Shown: one piece after another, positions 53,505 through 64,000 of the stretch | How positions within the stretch are numbered: the stretch's first letter is position 1 | Layout: each line of letters begins with the position of its first letter | From: a virus | IMG/VR virus record: IMGVR_UViG_3300010885_036069 | Location: 52,662 to 116,661 of that record | DNA: 64,000 bases | Reading direction: 5' to 3' (one strand) | Made by a program: the position numbers and the translations under genes | Notes under the pieces: model-generated | What the model was told of the DNA's origin: nothing | The model's database searches: none | What the model saw: the letters and a program-made list of their open reading frames with translations, nothing else

Positions 53505-55676
53505 ATGCATGTTGCGAATCTTCTGGACGCCAATACAAGCGGACTTCAATCTCCGGCCTATGGCGGCCTTGGGTATTGGACTGCCACTGACGCAGATTTA
53601 GCGCGCACAACTAAACGCGCTCACTCTGGGATTGCCAGTATTCAGATCACAGCAACTGGCAATACTGCTTATGTCTACTCCGGAGATTCAACAACGATTG
53701 CTGAGTTGGTTCCTGTTAATCGGACTAACTCTTATCGAGTGTTTCTGTGGTTTCATCATGAAACTGTCAATAGATCCATTCGGGTTGGATTGCAATTTTA
53801 CAATGCCACTCAAGAGGTAATTGCACAAACTCCAGCCCATTATTCTGATTTTGAAATGTCATTTCGTGACTGGACGCTCGCATCTTTAGTTGTGGATGTT
53901 GATGACATCCCCGTTAATGCTGTCTATGTTGCTGTCAAGATCAAATTTGAAGTAGATGATGTTAATGACAAAATTGATTCAAAACTTTGGATTGATGATG
54001 TTGTCTTGTATCAACCAGAAGACATAACCGAGGAACCAATCGTCAAGCGACTATCTCGCTGGATTCCTGAGTACATGGTTGAGGAAGATGGGAATCAAAC
54101 GAATCCCGTTAATCCCATGTTGCTCTACCTTGATGTCGCTAGCGCAACCCTTGGACACATCTATAAATACATTGACGACTTCGGCTATGGGACTGTTGGC
54201 AATCCGGATTATCCACTAGCAACATCAACCCTTACTGATCCTTCTGGATATCCAGAAAGCGGAACACAAACCGAATGGCTTCAGTGGCTTTCACAACTAG
54301 TCGGAATGCGCTCTACTGCAATTTCAGATACTTCAAGTGGAACTAATTGGTTCTTTTTGGAAGCCAACTACACCGATTGGGATGAGTGGGAAACTGACGT
54401 CAATCTTGATGTGACTTCATATTCAACATCATGGACCTCAATTACGAGGACGGACGGTGCTGTCACTGTAATTGTGACTTCGCATGGGTTCGTTGACGGT
54501 GATGTTTTTACAATTACCGGAGCAAGCGATACAAGTCTCAATGGACAATATGAAGTTTCTGATGCTCCGAATAGTACCGATATTCACTTTTCTCAGATTT
54601 ATCCAATTCTTTCATTGTCTCAATCAACAACAACGGTAACCGTGACGACCGGGGTTGCTCATAATCTGTCAATTGGCGATTCAATTGAAATTGATGGAAC
54701 GTATACGATCTTTGATGGAACAACACAAACCGTTGCAACTGTTAGTCAAACCGTAGATTCAGATGTGGATGATGTTCTTACATTTACTGCTGCATCGGGT
54801 TCTGCTTCTTCAACAAATGGTGTCATTTGGCCAAGCGATCTCTTAATTGGTGAAACAGGAACAATCGGTACTGATGTAGATTTGAACTGGGCCTCAATTG
54901 AAGGTGTGAATGCCTATCCCCTTACACCTCCAGGGGCATTGGCTGAATTCATTCGAACTGGAGCATCAGGCATTTGGGCTGGAACGATTGACGGAATGAA
55001 AAGAGCAGCCCGCCTCAGTCTTAGTGGTCTAGATGAACCAGTCACAATTGAGCGCAATCAAGGCTATTTGAAGATCACGAGTACCGTGCTTCATGAGTTG
55101 AGCGTTGGTGATTTTATTGAAATCTACGCAAGTCCGTATCCCGAACTCGGTGGCGTTTACACCGTTCATTCAGTTGTTGATGCTCACTCTTTCAAAGTTG
55201 AATATGACGGTGGCTACCTGCTCACTCGTGGATGGGCAACTACAAAAAAAGTCCAGATTGAAAAGAAATACTGGAATGGGGTAATTGAGTCCATTAGTTC
55301 CGCTAGTGGAGTGGTGACAATTACATTCCAACAGCTCTTACCCGTTCTGAGTTCTTATGAAATCCTTGGAAGCATAGTTGTGACTGGGACTAGTAATAAT
55401 ACGCTAAATGCAACCTTCGGATCATTTGTTAGTGGCGATGTTACAATTTCTTCTGACAGACGCACAATCACTTTTGATACAACAGCGCATCCCTCTTCCG
55501 TTGGAACTATTGCTCAACTCAATCCAGTGTCAGCAAATGCAAAGTTGCATATGAGTGACAATTCCTTCTACTTGATCAAAACCCTAAGTTCTCAAACCAC
55601 GGGTCCGGAAGCAGTACTGACATTCGTTGATTTTGCAAAGCCAGCAGGTTCTGCAATCACGCACAAATACATTTAG
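53505..55676 (+). CDS. Baseplate wedge (gpI-like) protein with N-terminal carbohydrate-binding-like domain
   Basis: IPEY...D, WL.WLSQLVG, GT..GM..A, KPAG; internal H.L..GD.I.I.G repeats. Confidence 0.7.
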   Translation: MHVANLLDANTSGLQSPAYGGLGYWTATDADLARTTKRAHSGIASIQITATGNTAYVYSGDSTTIAELVPVNRTNSYRVFLWFHHETVNRSIRVGLQFYNATQEVIAQTPAHYSDFEMSFRDWTLASLVVDVDDIPVNAVYVAVKIKFEVDDVNDKIDSKLWIDDVVLYQPEDITEEPIVKRLSRWIPEYMVEEDGNQTNPVNPMLLYLDVASATLGHIYKYIDDFGYGTVGNPDYPLATSTLTDPSGYPESGTQTEWLQWLSQLVGMRSTAISDTSSGTNWFFLEANYTDWDEWETDVNLDVTSYSTSWTSITRTDGAVTVIVTSHGFVDGDVFTITGASDTSLNGQYEVSDAPNSTDIHFSQIYPILSLSQSTTTVTVTTGVAHNLSIGDSIEIDGTYTIFDGTTQTVATVSQTVDSDVDDVLTFTAASGSASSTNGVIWPSDLLIGETGTIGTDVDLNWASIEGVNAYPLTPPGALAEFIRTGASGIWAGTIDGMKRAARLSLSGLDEPVTIERNQGYLKITSTVLHELSVGDFIEIYASPYPELGGVYTVHSVVDAHSFKVEYDGGYLLTRGWATTKKVQIEKKYWNGVIESISSASGVVTITFQQLLPVLSSYEILGSIVVTGTSNNTLNATFGSFVSGDVTISSDRRTITFDTTAHPSSVGTIAQLNPVSANAKLHMSDNSFYLIKTLSSQTTGPEAVLTFVDFAKPAGSAITHKYI

Positions 55677-55693
55677 GCATCGGAGGAAATCAA

Positions 55694-56992
55694 ATGCCAG
55701 TAACTCGAACTTCTAGATTCTCACTACATCGCTGGGATTCAGGTGCCGATCCGTTTAACCGTTCTCAGATGGATGCGGACAACCTTCAGGTTGAAACTCT
55801 TGCGGCCCTGTTCCGCACTGGACCAGCCGCAAGTATTGGTGACCCCACGAGCGCCTCTTACGTCAAGTCTTTTTATTATGCGACGGACACCCTAATTCTC
55901 TACTTCTGCACGGGATCACTCTGGATCCCTGTTTCAGATTTTGGCGAAGAAGCGGACATCACTGCAATCCAACCTGATGCCACAAAGAGCGCCGGAACAA
56001 TTACCGACACAAGTGGTGTCCGGACGGCAGAAGTTGCACTTGCCGATCACCGGCACTCAATTGTCACTGAAGCCCCCATTGCAGTGGGAACCTCGCTAGT
56101 TGAGGGTACTGCTACCAGTTTCTCTCGGTCAGATCATGTTCATACGCTCGGTACTAATTCTGTATCTGGAGCCGCAATCATTGCCGACAACATCATTACC
56201 GCTGCAAAACTGCAAAGTGATTCAGTCACTACAGCAAAGATTGTTGATGCAAATGTAACTGCTATAAAACTTGCATCGGATTCAGTAACAACTGCAAAGA
56301 TTCTTGCTGCAAATGTCACCGCCGTAAAACTCGCCTCCGATGTAGCCGGTGACGGCCTTGCTTCAACCTCGGGAGTTTTGTCAATCAATGTTGATGCTTC
56401 AACAATTGAACTCAACGCAGATACGCTCCGCATTAAGGATAGTGGGGTCACCGCTGTAAAACTTGCCGCTGATGTTGCTGGTGCGGGTCTTGCTTCAACT
56501 TCAGGAGTTTTGTCAATCAATGTTGATGCTTCAACAATTGAAATCAATACCGACACCCTACGTATTAAAGACCTTGGAGTTACCGCAGCAAAACTTGCGG
56601 CAGATTCAGTTACTACTGCAAAAATCCTTAATGCAAACGTGACAAACGAAAAACTTGCAACGGATTCAGTCAATACGGTAAACATCCTTCAGGACGCAAT
56701 TACATCGGCTAAAATTCAAGCAAATGCAATTACAAATGCAAAAATTGCCGACAATGCGGTCACTGCTGCTGAAATTGCTTCTGATGCGGTAACGACTGCG
56801 AAGATCCTTAATGCGAATGTGACCTTGGCGAAACTCGCATCAGCATCAGTGGACTCCTCAAAACTTGCTGCTGGCGTTTACTACAACGCAACCAACAATG
56901 CCACCGGCGGTAAAATCAGATACGGAACCACGGCAATTGGGTCCATTGGTGGATCCCCCACTGCTGGTGACCTTTACTTCAAGTACGTCTAA
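55694..56992 (+). CDS. Tail fibre protein with DSVTTAKI-type repeats
   Basis: Many VT.AK[IL] repeats; ADH.H and SDHVH motifs. Confidence 0.75.
   Translation: MPVTRTSRFSLHRWDSGADPFNRSQMDADNLQVETLAALFRTGPAASIGDPTSASYVKSFYYATDTLILYFCTGSLWIPVSDFGEEADITAIQPDATKSAGTITDTSGVRTAEVALADHRHSIVTEAPIAVGTSLVEGTATSFSRSDHVHTLGTNSVSGAAIIADNIITAAKLQSDSVTTAKIVDANVTAIKLASDSVTTAKILAANVTAVKLASDVAGDGLASTSGVLSINVDASTIELNADTLRIKDSGVTAVKLAADVAGAGLASTSGVLSINVDASTIEINTDTLRIKDLGVTAAKLAADSVTTAKILNANVTNEKLATDSVNTVNILQDAITSAKIQANAITNAKIADNAVTAAEIASDAVTTAKILNANVTLAKLASASVDSSKLAAGVYYNATNNATGGKIRYGTTAIGSIGGSPTAGDLYFKYV
56315..56575 (+). repeat. 132-bp (44-codon) tandem duplication inside the fibre gene
   Basis: ggagttttgtcaatcaatgttgatgcttcaacaattgaa at 56372 and 56504. 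Confidence 0.85.
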
Positions 56993-56994
56993 TC

Positions 56995-58050
56995 ATGGCT
57001 GAAGAAACGTGGGCTTACGACGGAAGTTCTTGGAGGCTTGTTAGAGACCTCTATGTTCGCGACCTTGGAGTTTGGAAAGAAGTAGAAGAGGGCTATGTTT
57101 ATACCGGAAGCGCTTGGGAGCAAGTCTTCAACTACGACACCGCTGGTCCGTCTGCCCCAACCTCAACATCGGCAACATGGGGTGGTGCTGGTGCCGGAGA
57201 CACCCGTTACTGCTATGTCTATTGGATTCAACCTAACGATGCAGACTTTTCCTATACCCGTCTAGAGCGATCTCTTAATGGTGGATCTTCATATTCCTTC
57301 ATTGGCAATTACTACGGTAATGCTGGAGGTGCATTGGCATACACTGATTACAATGTTGCGCTTAGCGCCTATACAGTTCACAGCGCACTTAACTTGGCGA
57401 GTGCAGTACATACATATCGACTCACCCCCTATGACACGCGTGGCAATGCTGGCACTTCCGCTGTAGTGCAGTCAAAGGGTCAGGGTGCTAATGCGGTTCG
57501 AGGATTTCTTCAATCCCCTTACTACCGCAATCCCACGGGTAGCGCTAGTTGGCTAGAGGGTGACGACACTTGGGAGGGTGGCGTTAGTCAGGGATATCAG
57601 CAACCCTGGAATAGGCGACGCTACGGCCACTATTTCTATAACGGCGCTTACAGCAATACATACCACAACTTAAATGTGACAAGCGCCGGAATTCAACTCC
57701 AGCGGTATGGCGGTGCTGGCATAAATACTGGAATCCCAGCCTATTTGCATACGTCTTCTGCTGGAATTCTTTCCATTTATGGTGGCAGTCCAGTAGGCTC
57801 AATTCAAAATGGTGCTGATCCTCAGGGTTCTTTTTTCTATGGGGATAACGAACTCGCTCCGTTTTACGCCCCATGGGCGGACGCGATCATGATCGGTACT
57901 TCAAATTCAATTGTTCTTGATGAGGAAACTTATAGCACCTACGGTGGGTACGGTTATTCTTACGGCTATTCAATTTGGGCGCCCTCGGATGCTGACCTTT
58001 TTTACAATGTTATTTTTGGTGGAACCTTGGTCATCAATCACACTGGCTAA
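56995..58050 (+). CDS. Minor tail/receptor-binding protein with FN3-like domain
   Basis: DTAGPSAP...W...Y.LERS...YTD...YRL..YD..GN; Tyr/Gly-rich C-terminus. Confidence 0.6.
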   Translation: MAEETWAYDGSSWRLVRDLYVRDLGVWKEVEEGYVYTGSAWEQVFNYDTAGPSAPTSTSATWGGAGAGDTRYCYVYWIQPNDADFSYTRLERSLNGGSSYSFIGNYYGNAGGALAYTDYNVALSAYTVHSALNLASAVHTYRLTPYDTRGNAGTSAVVQSKGQGANAVRGFLQSPYYRNPTGSASWLEGDDTWEGGVSQGYQQPWNRRRYGHYFYNGAYSNTYHNLNVTSAGIQLQRYGGAGINTGIPAYLHTSSAGILSIYGGSPVGSIQNGADPQGSFFYGDNELAPFYAPWADAIMIGTSNSIVLDEETYSTYGGYGYSYGYSIWAPSDADLFYNVIFGGTLVINHTG

Positions 58051-58143
58051 TAGTTTCTGCCAGCAGTAAATTTTACTCGTTAACATTTCCACAGGTTGTC
58101 AACCGGTTATCAACAGGTTGATATAACACGGAGGTGTGATGCC

Positions 58144-58443
58144 ATGGGTACAGAAGCAGCAATCATTAGTGGTTCTTTAGCCATCATTGTCGCTGTCATG
58201 ACGGCATGGTTCACATTCCGAACTAAGCGCGAGGAAATGGGGGTTCAGGAAATCCGAACAGTTCTTTCTGGGTACAAGGAAATCGTAGGAACCCTGCAAG
58301 ACGAAATTTCCCGCCTTCGTGACGAGATCACTCAAATGAGGGACTCAATGGCGGACTGCGAACGTCGCAATGAAGAAATGGAATCAGAAGTAGCGCGATT
58401 GCGAGCATGTGTATCAAAGCTCGAATCGGAACCAAACCGATGA
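58144..58443 (+). CDS. TM plus coiled-coil protein (possible lysis accessory)
   Basis: GGAGG SD; one N-terminal TM then heptad pattern. Confidence 0.55.
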   Translation: MGTEAAIISGSLAIIVAVMTAWFTFRTKREEMGVQEIRTVLSGYKEIVGTLQDEISRLRDEITQMRDSMADCERRNEEMESEVARLRACVSKLESEPNR

Positions 58444-58652
58444 CCGAAAACTTTTCTGAGGTCATTAATGATGTTATCGGGAATGACCTCATAAGCAATT
58501 ATGTTTTTGTAATTGAGGTTATGACCGAAAAAGGTATGGACCTCAGAGTGGTTACATCAGATACAATGAGTCCATGGCACGCCATTGGAATGCTGCAAAT
58601 GGCCTCAGAAATGATCAACATTGACACAGAAGTAGGGGACGGACTCGAATGA
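58440..58652 (+). CDS. Small hypothetical protein
   Basis: ATGA-type overlaps with neighbours. Confidence 0.55.
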   Translation: MTENFSEVINDVIGNDLISNYVFVIEVMTEKGMDLRVVTSDTMSPWHAIGMLQMASEMINIDTEVGDGLE

Positions 58653-58888
58653 ATCCTTCAATCAAATCACAAGCAATTGACCAGGGTAGCAAGGGACTTG
58701 CTGCATCACTGATCACATACCTCCTCGTCAAGTACGGCATGGATACCGAATTGATTTTTATCGTCATGCCGGTTATTACGCTGCTGCTTGCTTTTATTTC
58801 TTCACGGATTGGCGATCCGACGATTGCCTCATTCTTCAGTTCAACTCCAGTAGTTGAAATTGAAGTAGACGTCGCACCCGAGGACTGA
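58649..58888 (+). CDS. Putative holin (2 TM)
   Basis: Two hydrophobic helices, 79 aa. Confidence 0.45.
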   Translation: MNPSIKSQAIDQGSKGLAASLITYLLVKYGMDTELIFIVMPVITLLLAFISSRIGDPTIASFFSSTPVVEIEVDVAPED

Positions 58889-59009
58889 ACTCGGCACCGT
58901 CAGCCCGTTTAGGGAAACGCCCCTAGATTTGCTCAGTTAAACAACTGCGAAACGCCTTTACTCGGTTTTGACGGTTGTTGCGTTTATTATTGCTTTTAAA
59001 GGAGTTTCC

Positions 59010-59357
59010 ATGGCCGCTGGAATTTACAATTTCACATGTGAGCAAGGCGCAACCTTTACGCGAGTTATTACTGCTACCGATGCTGCCGGCGATGAAATAG
59101 ACCTGACCGACTACACCGCTCGCATGCAGGTTCGTCGCGATCTGGATGCCTCAAGCATCATCATTGAACTGACCACGGAGAATGGTCGAATTTCGCTAGG
59201 TGGGGTTACTGGTGAAATCACCCTGACGATTGACGCTGACGACACTTCAGACATTTCTCGTCCGGGCGTGTATGACTTAGAGCTTGAGTCGGATGGTGGG
59301 ACAGTGATTCGACTACTAAAGGGAGCCTTTAATCTAGACTCCGAGGTCACCAGATGA
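59010..59357 (+). CDS. Fibre adaptor/BppU-like beta-sandwich protein
   Basis: GGAG SD; EQGATF...[11 protein letters not shown]...GVYDLEL...RLL.G.F...EVTR; precedes the collagen fibre. Confidence 0.65.
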   Translation: MAAGIYNFTCEQGATFTRVITATDAAGDEIDLTDYTARMQVRRDLDASSIIIELTTENGRISLGGVTGEITLTIDADDTSDISRPGVYDLELESDGGTVIRLLKGAFNLDSEVTR

Positions 59358-62300
59358 CAGTAGGTGAAGATCCTCAAATTGCTGTTGAGGTTCTTGAGGT
59401 AGGCCCCAACACTGTCAATATTGAGGAACTCAAATACGAGGTAACCGTCGTTGAGGATTCCCCCACTGATGTATCCGTATCCCTTACTGGGATTCAGGGT
59501 CCACGCGGGTATCAAGGTTATCAAGGCACCCAAGGCACCCAAGGTACCCAAGGCGCTCAAGGCGTTGTTGGCTCACAGGGCGGTCAAGGCGCGGCTGGAG
59601 CGCAAGGCAATCAGGGCTTTCAAGGGATTGCTGGCGCACAAGGCACGCAAGGAACAACTGGCTCCCAAGGAAATCAAGGTAGCCAAGGCAATCAGGGCTT
59701 TCAAGGGATTGCTGGCGCACAAGGTAATCAAGGCTCTCAAGGCATAACGGGAAGTCAAGGGCCTCAGGGTCTTACTGGTGAGGGCGGAGCGCAGGGTTCT
59801 CAAGGTGACCAAGGCCCACAGGGAATTCAAGGCGATCAAGGTTTTCAAGGTGACCAAGGCGTTCAGGGCGACCAAGGCCCACAAGGTTTTCAGGGTGACC
59901 AAGGCCCACAGGGCGACCAAGGTTTTCAAGGAAACCAAGGAAACCAAGGAAACCAAGGCGACCAAGGTGTTCAAGGTTTTCAAGGTGATCAGGGACCACA
60001 AGGCGATCAAGGCGCTCAGGGTGATCAGGGTTTCCAAGGTGATCAGGGACCTCAGGGTGATCAAGGTTTTCAAGGCACAACACCTTTAATTTGCACTACG
60101 CAAAACACAGGTGAGTACTATTTTCAAACAGTAGGTCAAAATTACTATCAAAGCCCTATAGCGCCAGGATTAGCATTTAGTGCTGGACAAACACTATCTG
60201 TATATGCACCAACTGATGATGTCATACAGTACATGTTTATCAACTCTTATAATCCAGCAACGGGTGACATAGTTGCAGTTGTTACGCATTCCTTAAGTCC
60301 TGGGTTCAAAACATACGACACGCTTTCAATTTGTCTCGTAGGAAATCAGGGCAATCAAGGCGATCAAGGTTCACAAGGTTTCCAAGGTGATCAGGGTCCG
60401 CAGGGGGATACCGGTCCACAGGGTTCTCAGGGTGACCAAGGGTCGCAGGGTTTCCAAGGTGACCAAGGAGTCCAAGGTTTTCAAGGCGATCAGGGTTTTC
60501 AAGGAAATGATGGAACATCAGTAACAATCCTTGGTTCGTATTTGGATTATGCAGCCCTTATTGAGGCTCATCCAACCGGCTCGCTCGGTAACGGGTATCT
60601 CGTCGATGGCGATCTTTATGTTTGGGATGGCAGCGTCTGGGACAATGTTGGTCAAGTCCAAGGACCGCAGGGCTTTCAGGGAAACCAAGGAAATACCGGT
60701 CCGCAGGGCAATCAAGGTGATCAAGGCCCACAAGGTGATCAAGGCGACCAAGGCCCACAAGGCGTTCAGGGCGATCAAGGACCTCAAGGTGATCAAGGGG
60801 ATGTTGGTCCTCAGGGCGATCAAGGCAGTGAAGGACCACAAGGCAATCAAGGTGACCAAGGAGTCCAAGGTTTTCAAGGCGATTTTGGCCCCCAAGGTGA
60901 TCAGGGCGATCAAGGCCCTCAAGGTGATCAAGGGGCAGAGGGTCCACAGGGAACACAAGGTGATCAAGGATCCCAAGGCGATCAAGGATCAACTGGAGCG
61001 CAGGGCGACCAAGGCTCAACCGGAGCGCAAGGCGACCAAGGCGATCAAGGCGTTCAGGGATTTCAGGGTGACCAAGGTCCGCAGGGTGATCAAGGTTTCA
61101 CCGGCGCACAGGGTGACACGGGGGCGCAAGGTTTTCAAGGTGATCAGGGCGTAACTGGATCCCAAGGCTTTCAAGGTTCGCAAGGCGTTCAGGGTTCACA
61201 AGGCGTCCAAGGTCAAACTGGTTCGCAGGGTTCTCAAGGCGTAACCGGCGCGCAAGGTGACCAAGGGTTTCAGGGAACTGCCGCTCTTTGGAACTTCACT
61301 GGAGCGTACGGCGGTGGAGCCTCCTACGCCGTTGGTGATGTTGCGACTTATGACGGCAAGACTTGGTATCGAGTCAACTCCAATGGTGGCAATACCGGCG
61401 ACACACCAAGCGAGGGAACATTCTGGACATTGCTTGCCGATAGGGGCGCTCAGGGCTTCCAAGGCGACCAAGGTCCGCAGGGAACTCAGGGCGACCAAGG
61501 TTCTCAAGGCGCTCAGGGTGACCAAGGCTTTACCGGTGTTCAAGGTGACCAAGGCTTTACCGGTGTTCAAGGTGACCAAGGCTTTACCGGTGTTCAGGGT
61601 GATCAGGGACCTCAGGGTGAAACCGGTAATCAAGGTTCGCAGGGGGCCGAAGGCTCTCAAGGCGTTCAGGGTCATCAAGGTGAAATCGGCTCTCAGGGAT
61701 CCCAAGGAGAAACTGGCCCGCAGGGCAATGAAGGCGCGCAAGGAAACCAAGGGGACCAAGGGCCACAGGGCGATCAAGGTGTTCAGGGGGATCAAGGCTG
61801 GCAGGGCAACCAAGGCGATCAGGGACCCCAGGGCGATCAGGGCGTTCAGGGCGATCAAGGCGTTCAGGGTGCAGAAGGACCGCAAGGAGATATTGGTCCC
61901 CAAGGTGACGAAGGCGCACAAGGACTCACTGGTTCTCAAGGATCACAAGGTCAAACCGGATCACAGGGATCTCAAGGTTCGACCGGAGCGCAAGGCGTAC
62001 AAGGTCATCAAGGTTTCCAAGGAGTCCAAGGTCTTACTGGTTCACAAGGCAGCCAAGGTAATCAGGGGGTAACTGGAGCGCAGGGACCACAAGGCAATCA
62101 AGGCACGACCGGCGCACAAGGTTCACAGGGTTATCAAGGCGTAACCGGCGACAAATACTCCACCACGTCCTCAACATCACTCACGATTGCTTCAAATGGT
62201 TCAATCACTCTAACCATTGGGACTGGACTGGCATACACGCCTGCTCAGGCAGTCATCATCGCCTACGACGAGTCAAACCATATGCATGGGACGATCACGT

Positions 62301-63442
62301 CGTACAACTCGGGTACTGGGTCCCTCACTGTCTCCCTCCAACACAAGAGCGGATCGGGGACGTACTCGTTGTGGACCGTGAACCTTGATGGTGCTGTCGG
62401 TCCGCAAGGAACTCAGGGTGTTCAAGGGACGCAAGGGGTTCAGGGTTCAACTGGCTCACAAGGCGATACTGGTTCTCAAGGCTCTCAGGGAAATAATGGG
62501 TCACAGGGATCACAGGGTATTCAGGGATCAACCGGTCCGCAGGGTGATGAAGGTTCTCAAGGAACGACTGGTTCGCAGGGACCGCAAGGTTCAACTGGAA
62601 GTCAAGGAAGCCAAGGATCAACTGGTTCGCAGGGTGTCCAAGGACATCAAGGCAATCAGGGCGTCCAAGGACATCAGGGTTTTCAGGGCGATACCGGACC
62701 ACAAGGCAATCAGGGCGCACAGGGTGCGACCGGCTCACAGGGTTCTACGGGTTCTCAAGGTTCACAGGGAGCGCAGGGTGATCAAGGAGCTACGGGTTCA
62801 CAGGGAACTCAGGGTCACCAAGGTTTCCAAGGCGTAACTGGTTCGCAGGGTTCGCAGGGTTCTACTGGTTCGCAGGGTGCTGAAGGCCCACAGGGTGTAA
62901 CCGGCGCACAAGGGCCACAAGGAAATACTGGCGTTCAAGGTTCCACTGGTTTTCAAGGAGCGCAAGGTTCACAAGGTTCACAAGGTTCACAAGGTTCACA
63001 GGGGGCGCAGGGCGCTCAAGGCAATCAGGGTGCGACGGGCGCTCAAGGGATTGTTACTTCGGGAACGGCCCCCGTAGATACATCAGTACTGTGGGCCGAC
63101 ACGGGTTCTACGGGAACCCTTTTCGCCCCCGGCAGACTCTCCACTAATGCTCAGACAGGCACCAGTTACACGCTTGTTCTTGAGGACGAACAGAAACTTG
63201 TTGAGTGCAGCAACGCATCTGCAATCACTTTGACCGTTCCATTGAATAGCAGCGTTGCTTACACGATTGGCACTCAGATTCATGTCGCTCAAACAGGCGC
63301 TGGTCAGGTGACTGTTACTCCAGCGGGCGGAGTAACGATCAATGCAACACCGGGCCTTAAGACACGAGCGCAATGGTCGGCTGTTACGTTGATCAAGCGT
63401 GGTACTAATACTTGGCTTGCTATTGGGGATCTAAGCGCATGA
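59354..63442 (+). CDS. Giant collagen-like (Gly-X-Gln) fibre protein with interspersed globular modules
   Basis: Five Gly-X-Y blocks dominated by G-x-Q, separated by four non-repetitive modules, plus a C-terminal domain (TGTSYTLV...GTQI...G.G.V...W.AIGDL). Confidence 0.9.
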   Translation: MTVGEDPQIAVEVLEVGPNTVNIEELKYEVTVVEDSPTDVSVSLTGIQGPRGYQGYQGTQGTQGTQGAQGVVGSQGGQGAAGAQGNQGFQGIAGAQGTQGTTGSQGNQGSQGNQGFQGIAGAQGNQGSQGITGSQGPQGLTGEGGAQGSQGDQGPQGIQGDQGFQGDQGVQGDQGPQGFQGDQGPQGDQGFQGNQGNQGNQGDQGVQGFQGDQGPQGDQGAQGDQGFQGDQGPQGDQGFQGTTPLICTTQNTGEYYFQTVGQNYYQSPIAPGLAFSAGQTLSVYAPTDDVIQYMFINSYNPATGDIVAVVTHSLSPGFKTYDTLSICLVGNQGNQGDQGSQGFQGDQGPQGDTGPQGSQGDQGSQGFQGDQGVQGFQGDQGFQGNDGTSVTILGSYLDYAALIEAHPTGSLGNGYLVDGDLYVWDGSVWDNVGQVQGPQGFQGNQGNTGPQGNQGDQGPQGDQGDQGPQGVQGDQGPQGDQGDVGPQGDQGSEGPQGNQGDQGVQGFQGDFGPQGDQGDQGPQGDQGAEGPQGTQGDQGSQGDQGSTGAQGDQGSTGAQGDQGDQGVQGFQGDQGPQGDQGFTGAQGDTGAQGFQGDQGVTGSQGFQGSQGVQGSQGVQGQTGSQGSQGVTGAQGDQGFQGTAALWNFTGAYGGGASYAVGDVATYDGKTWYRVNSNGGNTGDTPSEGTFWTLLADRGAQGFQGDQGPQGTQGDQGSQGAQGDQGFTGVQGDQGFTGVQGDQGFTGVQGDQGPQGETGNQGSQGAEGSQGVQGHQGEIGSQGSQGETGPQGNEGAQGNQGDQGPQGDQGVQGDQGWQGNQGDQGPQGDQGVQGDQGVQGAEGPQGDIGPQGDEGAQGLTGSQGSQGQTGSQGSQGSTGAQGVQGHQGFQGVQGLTGSQGSQGNQGVTGAQGPQGNQGTTGAQGSQGYQGVTGDKYSTTSSTSLTIASNGSITLTIGTGLAYTPAQAVIIAYDESNHMHGTITSYNSGTGSLTVSLQHKSGSGTYSLWTVNLDGAVGPQGTQGVQGTQGVQGSTGSQGDTGSQGSQGNNGSQGSQGIQGSTGPQGDEGSQGTTGSQGPQGSTGSQGSQGSTGSQGVQGHQGNQGVQGHQGFQGDTGPQGNQGAQGATGSQGSTGSQGSQGAQGDQGATGSQGTQGHQGFQGVTGSQGSQGSTGSQGAEGPQGVTGAQGPQGNTGVQGSTGFQGAQGSQGSQGSQGSQGAQGAQGNQGATGAQGIVTSGTAPVDTSVLWADTGSTGTLFAPGRLSTNAQTGTSYTLVLEDEQKLVECSNASAITLTVPLNSSVAYTIGTQIHVAQTGAGQVTVTPAGGVTINATPGLKTRAQWSAVTLIKRGTNTWLAIGDLSA
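61517..61597 (+). repeat. Three tandem 27-bp repeats in the collagen gene
   Basis: ggtgaccaaggctttaccggtgttca(a/g) x3 = GDQGFTGVQ. Confidence 0.9.
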
Positions 63443-64000
63443 TCCTCGGTATTACTGCATCAGGCTATGTTGAAGTTGCCTCTGGTATTACTTTTGCAAG
63501 TAAGTCAGTTACTACGGGTACTTCGGCTTCGTCTTGGAGTATCACTCAGGCATCTTTTTCTAATCCCATTTTGGCGGGAGATTATTTAGTTCTATTTGAG
63601 CGTTACACGATTGATTATAAGTCGGGTAACTATCCCACGGCTGTACCTGATGGATGGGTTCGGCAGCAAGTTACCTCCGATGGCATGGGCGAGGGATCAA
63701 CCACTACCATCATGCGCCTGTGTACGAGAGTTGCCTCGGCATCGGAATCCACTTATACCGCTTCGGGTATTGTGGCCGATACTTTTACTGCTGGTGTTTT
63801 CGTATTAAGAAGCGCTTACAAACATGACGCTTCCTCTATAGCAAGTTTCTTTTCAACGACATCTGCTACATCAACTTCTGTTGCCGCCGCAGGTAATGCT
63901 GATGCGATCCTTTATTTCATGTCGGATGGAAATAGCGCCACAACCACGCTTACGGCTCCAAGCGGGATGACAGAAATGCACCGAGAAACGGGCGCTCGAA
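63439..64000 (+). CDS. Putative fibre-tip/adhesin protein, 3'-truncated
   Basis: MILGITASG...AGDYLVLF...VPDGW; ATGA overlap; frame open to the window end (hand translation). Confidence 0.7.
   Translation, partial: MILGITASGYVEVASGITFASKSVTTGTSASSWSITQASFSNPILAGDYLVLFERYTIDYKSGNYPTAVPDGWVRQQVTSDGMGEGSTTTIMRLCTRVASASESTYTASGIVADTFTAGVFVLRSAYKHDASSIASFFSTTSATSTSVAAAGNADAILYFMSDGNSATTTLTAPSGMTEMHRETGAR

Noticed and set aside
56995-58050. Tyr/Asn-rich tail protein as a diversity-generating retroelement target
   Set aside because: No reverse transcriptase and no template/variable repeat pair seen in this window.
58889-59009. tRNA or hammerhead ribozyme in the intergenic region
   Set aside because: No T-loop GTTCRA or cloverleaf and no CUGANGA core on either strand; no tRNA was recognised anywhere in the window.
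59480-63050. Dense short repeats resembling a CRISPR array or satellite
   Set aside because: They are in-frame Gly-X-Gln codons; there is no constant repeat with unique spacers.

Overview
The window is a 64 kb segment of a large tailed dsDNA phage (myovirus: sheath, tube, baseplate). The host is probably actinobacterial, judged from an Rpf gene and several TANNNT-N6/7-ATG leaderless promoters. From left to right it contains: (1) an accessory/metabolic block (PD-(D/E)XK-like protein, stand-alone Rpf, orphan DNA methyltransferase, class II RNR, PhyH dioxygenase, SAM methyltransferase); (2) a minus-strand head operon (portal-MuF fusion, 868-aa multidomain HK97-type prohead protease, about 13 kb of unusual genes, major capsid protein); (3) a divergently transcribed terminase followed by recombination genes (Rad52-like, RecB-like nuclease, HNH, RuvC), a glycosyltransferase and a ParB/PAPS-reductase/ParB triad; (4) neck, contractile tail, baseplate, fibres, putative holins and a giant Gly-X-Gln collagen-like fibre. 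The most striking element is the insert between protease and capsid genes (about 9.6-22.8 kb). It encodes large modular proteins with effector-like domains: a HipA/PI3K-like kinase, two tandem HExxH zincins and a possible HhH-glycosylase-like domain. These carry repeated short tags (C-PPG-x14-C four times; DxDxDGxVQxGTxxERP twice) and recurrent candidate Lys-directed cleavage sites, and each effector gene is followed by a small overlapping gene. An A9 run appears to join two of the ORFs by a -1 shift. The best reading is a candidate capsid-loaded, protease-matured polymorphic effector system. All assignments come from motif recognition by eye; no database searches were run.
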